The notes below the pieces were generated by a model. It saw only the letters and a program-made list of their open reading frames with translations, did no database searches and was not told the DNA's origin. This document shows positions 48,980-57,540 of a stretch of DNA of 64,000 bases, in pieces. The stretch comes from an uncultured Chlamydiales bacterium (GTDB lineage: Bacteria > Chlamydiota > Chlamydiia > Chlamydiales > Rhabdochlamydiaceae), in NCBI GenBank assembly GCA_963700985.1, contig OY969554.1, positions 1,760,001 through 1,824,000 on the forward strand, given 5' to 3'. The position numbers were made by a program, and so were the translations under genes. Within the stretch, counting starts at the first letter, position 1; each line of letters begins with the position of its first letter.

Positions 48980-49918
48980 ATGGCATTAGCTCTTACAGCT
49001 GCAAGTTCAGTCACAGCTTGTTTTCTCCCGAGCACTTCTAGGAAAGAAGTAAAACAACAAACAGAAAGTCATGAATGCACTGCAGATAAAAAGCATGTTT
49101 CATTAACTACTCGTGCTCTCTTGTGTATTTTTGGATTTTTATCCCCAGAAGATTTAGGCCGGACATCCTGCGTTTGTAGAGAATGGCAGGTGATGGCATC
49201 CGAAGATCATCTGTGGAGAGCCTTGGATCTAAAAAAAATATTCCGATTAACGCTCCTAGATGAAAAAGTTTGGGAAACTCATGTGGATTGTGCGGCTTTA
49301 GGTCTAGATCTGACAGGCGCTCCGCCCCTGACTCAAAATAAAGAGACTGTAAGATTCCTAAAAGGACTCTGTGCTCAGATTTGTGCTCAGGTAGAAGGAG
49401 ACGCAGGGATCACGCTTTTGACCCTGCCTAAAGGACTTACATTAAACAAACTCGAGAAACTTGCATCATCCCCTAAACAGGGCAATGCAGCTAAATTCTT
49501 GCTTTGGGCGGGTGTTTCAAAAACGTTCGGAGATGCTCCCGTTGACAAAACCTATCGAGTGTTGATCACAAACAATGTGCTTAAAGGAAGCAGAATGTTG
49601 ACCGTATATAAGCAGCATGAGCTCGGAGAGAAAATGGGATGGGAAATGCCTGGAATGTTACCAGTAGCTACGCTCACTATTTTAACCTATATGAGTTCTC
49701 CGGCAGCGTTCCCAATCCATCTGTATAGCAATGATGAGCCGCGCTCCCTTACGCGTTGTAAAGATCAGCTTGATGGTGGCTACAACTTGGTTGTTGGCTT
49801 CGCAAAGGCTAAGATCATCGTTTTCCCCAACGTAGCTGCCAACCAGGCCATGGGCATGGGCGGTATGCGGGAGTTAACGGTACCCATGAAAGAGTCGATT
49901 AAAACCGGTAAAGAGTAG
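48980..49918 (+). CDS. F-box protein B2 (paralogue of B1)
   Basis: LLCIFGFLSPEDLGRTSCVCREWQVMASEDHLWR F-box; AAGGT RBS. Confidence 0.85.
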   Translation: MALALTAASSVTACFLPSTSRKEVKQQTESHECTADKKHVSLTTRALLCIFGFLSPEDLGRTSCVCREWQVMASEDHLWRALDLKKIFRLTLLDEKVWETHVDCAALGLDLTGAPPLTQNKETVRFLKGLCAQICAQVEGDAGITLLTLPKGLTLNKLEKLASSPKQGNAAKFLLWAGVSKTFGDAPVDKTYRVLITNNVLKGSRMLTVYKQHELGEKMGWEMPGMLPVATLTILTYMSSPAAFPIHLYSNDEPRSLTRCKDQLDGGYNLVVGFAKAKIIVFPNVAANQAMGMGGMRELTVPMKESIKTGKE

Positions 49919-49932
49919 TGGATGAAAGAGCC

Positions 49933-50006
49933 ATTTCGCCAATGTTTATGAGGCGAGATGATCTCCTTTTCTTTACTCAGTGTTCTCTCTGTCTCTGTGG
50001 TGAAAT
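49933..50006. repeat. Inverted partial copy of the 45218 REP-like element
   Basis: ttttctttactcagtgttctctctgtctctgtggtgaaat, plus ttcgccaatgtttatgaggcgag matching the reverse complement of ~45300-45322. Confidence 0.7.
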
Positions 50007-50008
50007 GC

Positions 50009-51013
50009 TTAAATCTTGTTTAGCAGTTCGGCGATTTGCACGCTGTTGAGCGCTGCGCCTTTGAGTAGTTGATCACCGACCGCCCACAATTCAAGTGTGT
50101 TGGGCTGCGTCTGATCTTCGCGGATTCTTCCACAAAAAACTAGATCTTGCCCTGAGGCATCGATCGGCATCGGAAAGCGGTTGGTGCCTCGATCCTCTAA
50201 GATGCGCACGCCCGGTGTATTTAATAAAAGAGCTTGAGATTCATCTTTGCTGATCGGACCTCTAAACTCGACGTTGAGAGACATAGAGTGGGCTCTAAGC
50301 ACCGGCACACGCACGCAGGTTGCCGTGACCTGAATCGAAGGGTCTTCTAAAATTTTTTTCGTCTCACGCACCATTTTGAGCTCTTCGTCTACATATCCGT
50401 TTTCATTGAGCGCGGAATTATGCGTGAAGAGATTAAAAGCGTAAGGGAAAGGCATGGCAGTACGCGTGAAGGACTTTCCTTCGAGTAGCGCCCGCGTCTC
50501 GCCTTCGAGCTCTTCCATCGCCTTGGCGCCCGCGCCGCTTGCGGCTTGATAGGTTGACGCCACGATGCGTTTAATTGGAACTTTACGATGTAAAGGGGCA
50601 AGAGCCATCAACATGATTGCCGTGGTGCAATTGGGGCAGGAGACGATGCCCTTGTGTGCTTGAAAGGCATGAGGGTTAATCTCCGGGATGATCAAAGGAA
50701 CTTCGGCATCATCGCGATACGCCGAGCTATTATCGATAACTAGGGCGCCGGCTCTCTGGGCTTCGGGTACATATTCTAGAGAAATTTTTTTGCCTGCGCT
50801 AAAAAAGACGATATCAATACCCACAAAACATCCCGGCTTGAGCAGTTCAATGGGGATAAGCTTCCCTCGGAAAGACAGGCTTGTTCCCATAGAGCGTGGG
50901 GAGGCAAAACAACGCAAAGAGCGCACCGGGAAATTTCGCCGCTCCAGCACATTCAACATTTCTCGTCCGACAGCGCCCGTTGCGCCGACAATAGCAACAT
51001 GATAGTGTGACAT
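50009..51013 (-). CDS. asd: Aspartate-semialdehyde dehydrogenase
   Basis: VGATGAVG, IDNSSAYR, PNCTT, STYQAASGAG, CVRVPV, DQLLKGAALN. Confidence 0.97.
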   Translation of the reverse strand: MSHYHVAIVGATGAVGREMLNVLERRNFPVRSLRCFASPRSMGTSLSFRGKLIPIELLKPGCFVGIDIVFFSAGKKISLEYVPEAQRAGALVIDNSSAYRDDAEVPLIIPEINPHAFQAHKGIVSCPNCTTAIMLMALAPLHRKVPIKRIVASTYQAASGAGAKAMEELEGETRALLEGKSFTRTAMPFPYAFNLFTHNSALNENGYVDEELKMVRETKKILEDPSIQVTATCVRVPVLRAHSMSLNVEFRGPISKDESQALLLNTPGVRILEDRGTNRFPMPIDASGQDLVFCGRIREDQTQPNTLELWAVGDQLLKGAALNSVQIAELLNKI

Positions 51014-51078
51014 GAATCTCTAATGGTCAAAAAAGCTTCTGATCGGTAATCATAGGACGTTTTCTGGGAGATATCAAG

Positions 51079-51678
51079 ATGAAAGGACACATTGTCCAAG
51101 CGGTAGAAGATGGAATTCGCGCCATGGAATTCCTGAAACAACCGCACAGCCTCCAGTTCATCGAGCAGACCGCACAACTGATCAGCCACTGCTTTCAAAA
51201 TGGCGGCAAGCTATTGATTGCCGGCAATGGCGGTAGCTTATGTGATGCGATGCACTTTGCTGAAGAGCTCACAGGCGTCTTTAGACACACTCGCCCAGCT
51301 CTGCCTGCTATCGCACTTTCTGATCCGGGACATCTCAGCTGCATTGCAAACGATGTAGGCTATGCGGATGTTTTCTCGCGAGCAGTTGAAGCGCTTGGAA
51401 AAGAAGGAGATGTGTTCATCGCGCTTACGACCAGTGGCAATTCTGCGAATCTCGTCAAAGCTGTAGCTACTGCGCAAGCACGTGGTCTTAAGACCATCGC
51501 CTTCCTGGGTAAAACAGGTGGCAAACTCAAGCACCAATGTGATTTAGAATGGCTCGTTGAGGGATTTACCTATAGCGATCGCATTCAAGAAGCGCACATG
51601 ACTGCTATTCATATCGTCATCGAAATGGTCGAACGCGAACTCTTCCCTGCACAAGTTCTTGCTGAACTTCTTTCCTAA
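51079..51678 (+). CDS. gmhA: Phosphoheptose (sedoheptulose-7-phosphate) isomerase
   Basis: GNGGS.CDAMHFAEEL, TTSGNS.N, DRIQEAH. Confidence 0.93.
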   Translation: MKGHIVQAVEDGIRAMEFLKQPHSLQFIEQTAQLISHCFQNGGKLLIAGNGGSLCDAMHFAEELTGVFRHTRPALPAIALSDPGHLSCIANDVGYADVFSRAVEALGKEGDVFIALTTSGNSANLVKAVATAQARGLKTIAFLGKTGGKLKHQCDLEWLVEGFTYSDRIQEAHMTAIHIVIEMVERELFPAQVLAELLS

Positions 51679-51763
51679 GCGTTAGTATTTCTTAATAATT
51701 CCTTGATAATTAATAAAATCTTTGTTTTGATGCTTTTTCTAATTTAAGAAGAGGAAAAAGAAA

Positions 51764-53107
51764 ATGGTATCCTACATAAAATCTTTGTGCTGCTCTCCTA
51801 GTCTTCCAGACGACCCAACTGAACGCTTTGGAATGGCAGAGGTTGCACTGCTTACACAAGAATTTAAGCTAGTTCAAGATGAGATCAAAACCAAAACGGC
51901 TGAAACTGCTAAGCAACTTGACACTGATCCGACACACGTTGATTTACAGGATCACACGAATTTATTATCTTTAAAAATTAATGAGCTGAAGTTAGTTGAA
52001 ACTAATGTGCGTAACTTTATTGCGGGCATAAAAAACACTCCCGCTCTTTGCTGTAAGTTCTCTGTTTACGATGTGGAGCAGTTTATTTATAAAGGCCTCA
52101 AACCAATCACTCTTTTTGCCGGTTTTGCGAGCTTTATTGCCGGAGTATACAACGACGAAGAAGGAAATGGGGGGATTCAATTACAGATCACAGGCGGTGT
52201 TCTGTTTCTGGCTGGGGAAATTTTTAACCGAGTAAGAGATAGGCTACAAGATCGAATCTTTCGGCATAATTATAGTGTTAAACTTTTAGAAAGTTTGTTG
52301 GCTGAAGCTGAAAAAGAACGCAAGAACGTGGAGAGTCTGAACCTAATTTTCCATGAACTCCCAAAAACTCTTGCGCGGCCTAACTTAGAGAGTAGCGTGA
52401 AGTACGTGTTAGGAGCGATTCCAGAGGGCTTACGCACAAATTTCACAGCAGCTGGCCTAAAGAGTTTCGCACGTAGAGGCGAATCTCTTCCGGCGGGCTA
52501 CAAACATGGCGATCCACTCAGTCTATCTACGCCAAGACATGGGAAAACAAATTCAATTTCTCAGCTCATCGGGCATCGGGCTTCTGCACATGTGATCTCA
52601 CCGCTAGCGCTTACTTTGCAGGATAAACCAACTGTTAATGTTTCCTTGGTTCCCAATCCTGATGCTCATCGTGTCGGACACGCAGCATCAACGTCTATGA
52701 TCGCATCTTTATCTCCTGTTGCAAATACTTTGCGTGGCGATGATGTGAAGATTGAGATTCAAGATCCACCTAAAGCCCAAGTAACTCAGGTGCAATTAAC
52801 TGAATTGCCTGTTGCGCAAGGCGAGAAAGTGGCGGTTGTTGTAGATCAAATGAACCCAGACTCTCCGCCTGTGGTAACCAAAATAGAAGATAGTAAGTCT
52901 TCTCTTGCTTTATCGACGCCATTGTATGAAAAACCGGTTATTAGTTTTTCTGCGGTTCAGACCTCTAATCCTATGCCAGATTCCGAGGACGATCTCATAG
53001 ATCTTAAAATCGCGGCTTCCGAGGCAGCTCTTTCTCTTGGATCAGCCCCTCCTCCTGCCGAGCCCGAGCCGGCGAAACCTGCATTATCCTGGGCAGATCG
53101 GATGTAA
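51764..53107 (+). CDS. Inc-like protein (bilobed hydrophobic segment, coiled coils, low-complexity tail)
   Basis: Two hydrophobic stretches (ITLFAGFASFIAGV / LQITGGVLFLAGEIF) flanked by heptad-rich regions; P/S-rich C-terminus. Confidence 0.6.
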   Translation: MVSYIKSLCCSPSLPDDPTERFGMAEVALLTQEFKLVQDEIKTKTAETAKQLDTDPTHVDLQDHTNLLSLKINELKLVETNVRNFIAGIKNTPALCCKFSVYDVEQFIYKGLKPITLFAGFASFIAGVYNDEEGNGGIQLQITGGVLFLAGEIFNRVRDRLQDRIFRHNYSVKLLESLLAEAEKERKNVESLNLIFHELPKTLARPNLESSVKYVLGAIPEGLRTNFTAAGLKSFARRGESLPAGYKHGDPLSLSTPRHGKTNSISQLIGHRASAHVISPLALTLQDKPTVNVSLVPNPDAHRVGHAASTSMIASLSPVANTLRGDDVKIEIQDPPKAQVTQVQLTELPVAQGEKVAVVVDQMNPDSPPVVTKIEDSKSSLALSTPLYEKPVISFSAVQTSNPMPDSEDDLIDLKIAASEAALSLGSAPPPAEPEPAKPALSWADRM

Positions 53108-53177
53108 GGTGCGAAGCCATGCCAGAACCGATCTCGATGTATCCAAAAAAAGGTCAAATAGGCAATCATAGAGCCCT

Positions 53178-54254
53178 ATGAAAAGCCAACTTGAAAGATA
53201 TATTTTGGATGTAATTGAGGAGAAGCAGCCGGCGCCTTTAACTCGCGGGATGCTCTCTGCCTTCAGCTATCTCTTTCAGGCGGGTGTGGCCCTGCGCAAT
53301 TGGGGTTATGATCGCGGCCTAATCAAAAAAACTAGAGCAACCCTTCCCGTTGTAAGTATTGGCAATATTGCTGCAGGTGGAACGGGTAAAACCCCTCTTA
53401 TTCATCTTCTAGCCAGTCGCTTGCAAAGCAACCCAAAAGGCAGTGAAGACCAGATCGCTATTTTGACTCGCGGCTATCGGGGCACGCTTAAAGGAGATCC
53501 ATTAAATATTTCTGAGGCGTGCTCACTAGATGTTAAAAAATTTGGTGATGAGCCCTCATGGCTCTGTCAAAAACTTCCTCAAGTAGCAGTCTGGGTGGGC
53601 AAAGATCGCATCAAATCTGCTGAACTTGCTGCCCAAGCCAAGGCACGCATATTGCTTCTCGACGATGGCATGCAATACCGCTCGCTCGAAAGAGATGTGG
53701 AGATCGTACTTCTTGATGGCCAAGATCTTTTTGCAAAAAAAGCCTTTCTACCCAGAGGGCTGCTGCGCGATCATCCTAAAAGATTAAAAGAGGCTGATCT
53801 GCTCGTGGTTAACCACGTTTATGATGAAGAGCATTATCAACACTGTCTCAAAGAGCTTTCCGCGTATACAAATGCACCAGTTGCCGCTATGCATTATCGC
53901 TTCAAAGAGGCGGATCAACTTAAAGGAAAAAACGTGGGTGTCTTTTGTGCTCTCGGCCGCCCAGAACGCTTTTTAGAAGCCCTAGGCCGTGCTGGATGTA
54001 ACATTGTGGAAGATCTGTTGTCTGTAGATCATGAACCCTTCGCTGAGCGCCAACTGCAAGCTTTTGCGCAGCGCTGTAAAGCTAAAGGCGCGGAGCTTCT
54101 GGTATGCACAGAAAAAGATGGCATCAAGCTCACAGCTTCATCTGAATTTGTGCTGCCGATTAAGAGCTTAGGCGTGGAAATCGAGTGGACTGCTGGAGAA
54201 GCTTACTGGAATGCTTGTATTGAAAATATGAAACGAATGATGAGACCTTTATAG
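53178..54254 (+). CDS. lpxK: Tetraacyldisaccharide 4'-kinase
   Basis: VVSIGNIAAGGTGKTP, LTRGYRG, GDEP, LDDGMQ, LPRGLLRD, TEKD. Confidence 0.95.
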   Translation: MKSQLERYILDVIEEKQPAPLTRGMLSAFSYLFQAGVALRNWGYDRGLIKKTRATLPVVSIGNIAAGGTGKTPLIHLLASRLQSNPKGSEDQIAILTRGYRGTLKGDPLNISEACSLDVKKFGDEPSWLCQKLPQVAVWVGKDRIKSAELAAQAKARILLLDDGMQYRSLERDVEIVLLDGQDLFAKKAFLPRGLLRDHPKRLKEADLLVVNHVYDEEHYQHCLKELSAYTNAPVAAMHYRFKEADQLKGKNVGVFCALGRPERFLEALGRAGCNIVEDLLSVDHEPFAERQLQAFAQRCKAKGAELLVCTEKDGIKLTASSEFVLPIKSLGVEIEWTAGEAYWNACIENMKRMMRPL

Positions 54255-54262
54255 GATCGATT

Positions 54263-55474
54263 ATGACCGAAGAGTTCAAAATTACCCTCCCGAAACTGGG
54301 CGAAAGCATTCTCAGTGCAACCGTCGTGCAATGGTTTAAAAAAGTTGGCGATACAATTCAGCTAGATGAGCCACTGCTTGAAGTTTCAACCGATAAGGTC
54401 AATAGTGAGATTCCCTCGCCATTCGCTGGAGTATTAAAAGAGATCTTGGCCCAGCCTGACCAAGAGCTTTCTGTGGGTGAGCCGCTGGCCATCATTACAA
54501 AAAGTGGTGCAAGTGCTGCAAAAATTGTCGAGCAAGTTGTGCAGCGTCCAGTTGAAGAAGCTTCTGCTTCTAAAGAGATGCAAGGATTTTTCTCGCCAGC
54601 GCTTATGCGCATGGCACAAGAGAAGGGAGTCAATCTAGAAGATTTGCAGCGCATTTCCGGAACAGGTGATGGTGGAAGAGTTACTAAACGTGACCTCGAG
54701 GGCTTTTTAGAAAAGCGTGCAACTCCTACAACCACTACGGTTAAGAAATCTGCTCCAACTTGTGCCTCCTCTGCACCTGCAGGAGATGTCGAACGTGTGA
54801 AAATGAGCGGCATGCGCAAAGCGATTGCGGACAACATGGTGCGCTCATTTTATGAAGCACCGCATGCATCACTCATCACGCAAGTCGATATCACGGATGT
54901 GCAAAAAGTTATTCAAAAAGAGAAAGACGCTTTTTTTGCGCGTCATGGCGTTAAGCTCACCCTAACTAGCTTTGTAGCACGCGCCATCGCTAAAGCTCTG
55001 CAAGAATATCCACTGATCAACTCCTCGCTCGAGCAAGATACCATCGTGGTTAAACATTTTGTCAACTTGGGCATTGCCGTTAGCATCGACGGTGGTCTCA
55101 TGGTTCCCGTCATCAGAAATTGCCAGAAGATGAATTTAGCCGAGATTGCCAAAACAATTAATGATTTATCCACCAAAGCGCGCACAGGAAAATTAGCCCC
55201 TGATGAAGTTGCCGAGGGCACCATCACACTTACCAATTTTGGCATGACCGGCGTGCAGATCGGCATCCCGATTATCCGCTATCCAGAAGTTGCCATCATC
55301 GGTATCGGTGCGGCGCATCGCCAAGTCGTCCCATTAGAAGACGACGTCCTGGCTATCCGTTCAACCATGCACGTTTCGATGACCTTTGACCATCGCGTTC
55401 TTGACGGCATCTACGGCTGTGGCTTTCTCAGCACACTGCAGAAGCATCTCGAGTCTGACCTGGAACTGGTTTAA
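54263..55474 (+). CDS. 2-oxo-acid dehydrogenase E2 (dihydrolipoamide acyltransferase)
   Basis: Lipoyl domain EVSTDKV, E3-binding GTGDGGRVTKRD, catalytic FDHRVLDG. Confidence 0.93.
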   Translation: MTEEFKITLPKLGESILSATVVQWFKKVGDTIQLDEPLLEVSTDKVNSEIPSPFAGVLKEILAQPDQELSVGEPLAIITKSGASAAKIVEQVVQRPVEEASASKEMQGFFSPALMRMAQEKGVNLEDLQRISGTGDGGRVTKRDLEGFLEKRATPTTTTVKKSAPTCASSAPAGDVERVKMSGMRKAIADNMVRSFYEAPHASLITQVDITDVQKVIQKEKDAFFARHGVKLTLTSFVARAIAKALQEYPLINSSLEQDTIVVKHFVNLGIAVSIDGGLMVPVIRNCQKMNLAEIAKTINDLSTKARTGKLAPDEVAEGTITLTNFGMTGVQIGIPIIRYPEVAIIGIGAAHRQVVPLEDDVLAIRSTMHVSMTFDHRVLDGIYGCGFLSTLQKHLESDLELV

Positions 55475-56667
55475 AAGTAGAGAGTGTATTCCAGCCGATT
55501 GTGAAATTTGCGTGTGCGCCAGGTGAGTAGATCGCCTGCTTTTCGCAATCTTTCCATAGCGGATTCAAGAGAGGCCCGCTCTTTCTGGTGCTGCTCTTCA
55601 GCCACTTCTTCACCGATAAGCAAGTCCCAAAGTAGTTCAGTTTGTCTATATTGATGCACATCTTTAAAAAAAGCGTCGTTTCGGGATAAGTCGAATTTAT
55701 CCAGGATCTCTCTTTCTAAAGACCCTGCTTCCCATTTATGCTTATCAAGAACACGAGGGAGAAGTTTCTGCTTGTTCCATTCACTACGAAGTCGACTCAG
55801 TTCGAACTGAGCTTGTCTTGCAGTTTTTGCGGCATCTTTTTCGGGGATTGCTAGTGCGACTTTTTCTCTAAGCGCAACTGCATAAATCTCATCGACGAAC
55901 TGATAGGGGAAGACGTCAACCAAACGAAAGAGTCCTTCGCGTTTGTGAAATGCGCTTGGAAATACTTCGTCAAAATCGATGAAGGAGTGTCTGTTTGTTG
56001 AAGCGTCCCAAATGAAGTTTCTTGCACATGCATCCCAGTAGCCAGTTAAAGCTACAGCATCAGCTACCTCTCGAGTCGTGGCTCTCCATTTTTCCGCCAC
56101 CTGTCCATTTGAGGGGATAAGCTCGAACTCTTTTTCAATGGTATCTTTGGCTTTTTCTGCATCCACTCCGGTAGCTTTTTGCATCACAAGCAAAGTTTTA
56201 TTGCCTGGTAGCTTCGCAAGCTCAGCTTCTGGAGCACAGCAATATTGAAATTTCTTTCTAGCAAAGATTTTCCGCACATGATCCAGATTTTCTTTATAAG
56301 CCTTCGCATGTGAATCTGACAGGATCTTAAGAATGAGATCTGGCAGGGTTGAATGGGAGAAGACAATAATGGGGCGATATTCCCGAGGTAGAAGTTTCTG
56401 TTTTGCGCTGTCAAAGACATGCAATTCTTCACTGCTTTCACAGTCATATATCTGATCCAAATGGGGCAACGTCAGTTTCAGACATTTGTCAATCGTAGAT
56501 GGATCTATCGAACAGGGCAACTCCACACTTTCCCTCTCTTCAGCAGGGACAATCTCGCTGGCCAGCAGCCCTCTGATCGCAGCAGCATCGTCATTTTCAA
56601 TAGGCTGTAAATAGTCTGTGATTGTACGGAGGTAGCCAGCGTTTTCTAGAAAAGTTTTTATGGACAT
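55471..56667 (-). CDS. Hypothetical protein with kinase-like motifs (paralogue 3)
   Basis: LILKI, LVMQKATG, GYWDACARNFIW, SFIDFD. Confidence 0.7.
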   Translation of the reverse strand: MSIKTFLENAGYLRTITDYLQPIENDDAAAIRGLLASEIVPAEERESVELPCSIDPSTIDKCLKLTLPHLDQIYDCESSEELHVFDSAKQKLLPREYRPIIVFSHSTLPDLILKILSDSHAKAYKENLDHVRKIFARKKFQYCCAPEAELAKLPGNKTLLVMQKATGVDAEKAKDTIEKEFELIPSNGQVAEKWRATTREVADAVALTGYWDACARNFIWDASTNRHSFIDFDEVFPSAFHKREGLFRLVDVFPYQFVDEIYAVALREKVALAIPEKDAAKTARQAQFELSRLRSEWNKQKLLPRVLDKHKWEAGSLEREILDKFDLSRNDAFFKDVHQYRQTELLWDLLIGEEVAEEQHQKERASLESAMERLRKAGDLLTWRTRKFHNRLEYTLYF

Positions 56668-56699
56668 ATGTTTTAGAAATAAGCGGGGCGATTTATAAG

Positions 56700-57536
56700 T
56701 TAGCTTTTTCGGCTGATGTCGAACTGAATCTGCCGCAATTCTTTTGCCCATTCTTTAGGTAAGCCCATGGGAATTTTTTCTCTTTCTGCAATGGCATAGA
56801 CCTCATCTACAAATTGCGGAGGAAAGATATCGATTACGTAGGAAAGGCCTAGACTTTGGTGTTTAGGAATAGGCGAGATCCCTTCGAGATCAATAAAGGA
56901 CCAACCTTTTTCAGAATCCCAAACGAAGTTTTGCCTGCCCGCATCCCAATAGCCAATTAGAGCTACAGCTTCAGCTACTTCTCTAGTCATGATTCTCCAT
57001 TTTTCAGCCACCTTGACGTCAAAAGGAATGCGCAGGAACTCTTCTTCCATTTTCTTTTGAGCAATGCCCGCATTGGTCTCGCCTTGGGCTTTTTCCATAA
57101 TGAATAGAGTGTGTGCATCTAATTTAGCGAGCTCGCCTTGAGGAGCATGGCAATAGCGGAAGTTTCGCTCTGCAAAAACTCTGCGCGCGTGATCTAGGTT
57201 GGCTTTAGAATCTAGCGCTTTTTCATTAAGCATTAGTTTTAAGACTAATCCAGGCGTCTCGATGTGAGAAAAAGTAAAGTTGCGCGGTCCTGCTTGATAG
57301 AAATGCAGCTCTTTATCGTTCTCGCCTTTGAAGATTCTATCTAAATTTTTTCTGGCAAACATCCGACACTTCTCAATAATTTCTGGTGTAATTACAGAGG
57401 AAGCGTTTGGCGTTTCCTTAGGAGACGGTATAACCGTGTGCATAAGCAAATCACGCAGCCCATCAGGAGCCTCTTTAGGCTCCATGTAGGCCATGATCAA
57501 GTTAGTCACAGATAAATTTCTTAACGCAGTAGCCAT
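56700..57536 (-). CDS. Hypothetical protein with kinase-like motifs (paralogue 2, C-terminally shorter)
   Basis: GLVLKL, FIMEKAQG, GYWDAGRQNFVW, SFIDLE; stops where the paralogues continue. Confidence 0.7.
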   Translation of the reverse strand: MATALRNLSVTNLIMAYMEPKEAPDGLRDLLMHTVIPSPKETPNASSVITPEIIEKCRMFARKNLDRIFKGENDKELHFYQAGPRNFTFSHIETPGLVLKLMLNEKALDSKANLDHARRVFAERNFRYCHAPQGELAKLDAHTLFIMEKAQGETNAGIAQKKMEEEFLRIPFDVKVAEKWRIMTREVAEAVALIGYWDAGRQNFVWDSEKGWSFIDLEGISPIPKHQSLGLSYVIDIFPPQFVDEVYAIAEREKIPMGLPKEWAKELRQIQFDISRKS

Positions 57537-57540
57537 ATAT

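Noticed and set aside
45218-50006. IS or composite transposon defined by the 40-bp inverted repeats
   Set aside because: No transposase is enclosed and the arms belong to a self-palindromic REP-like element; reported as repeats instead.
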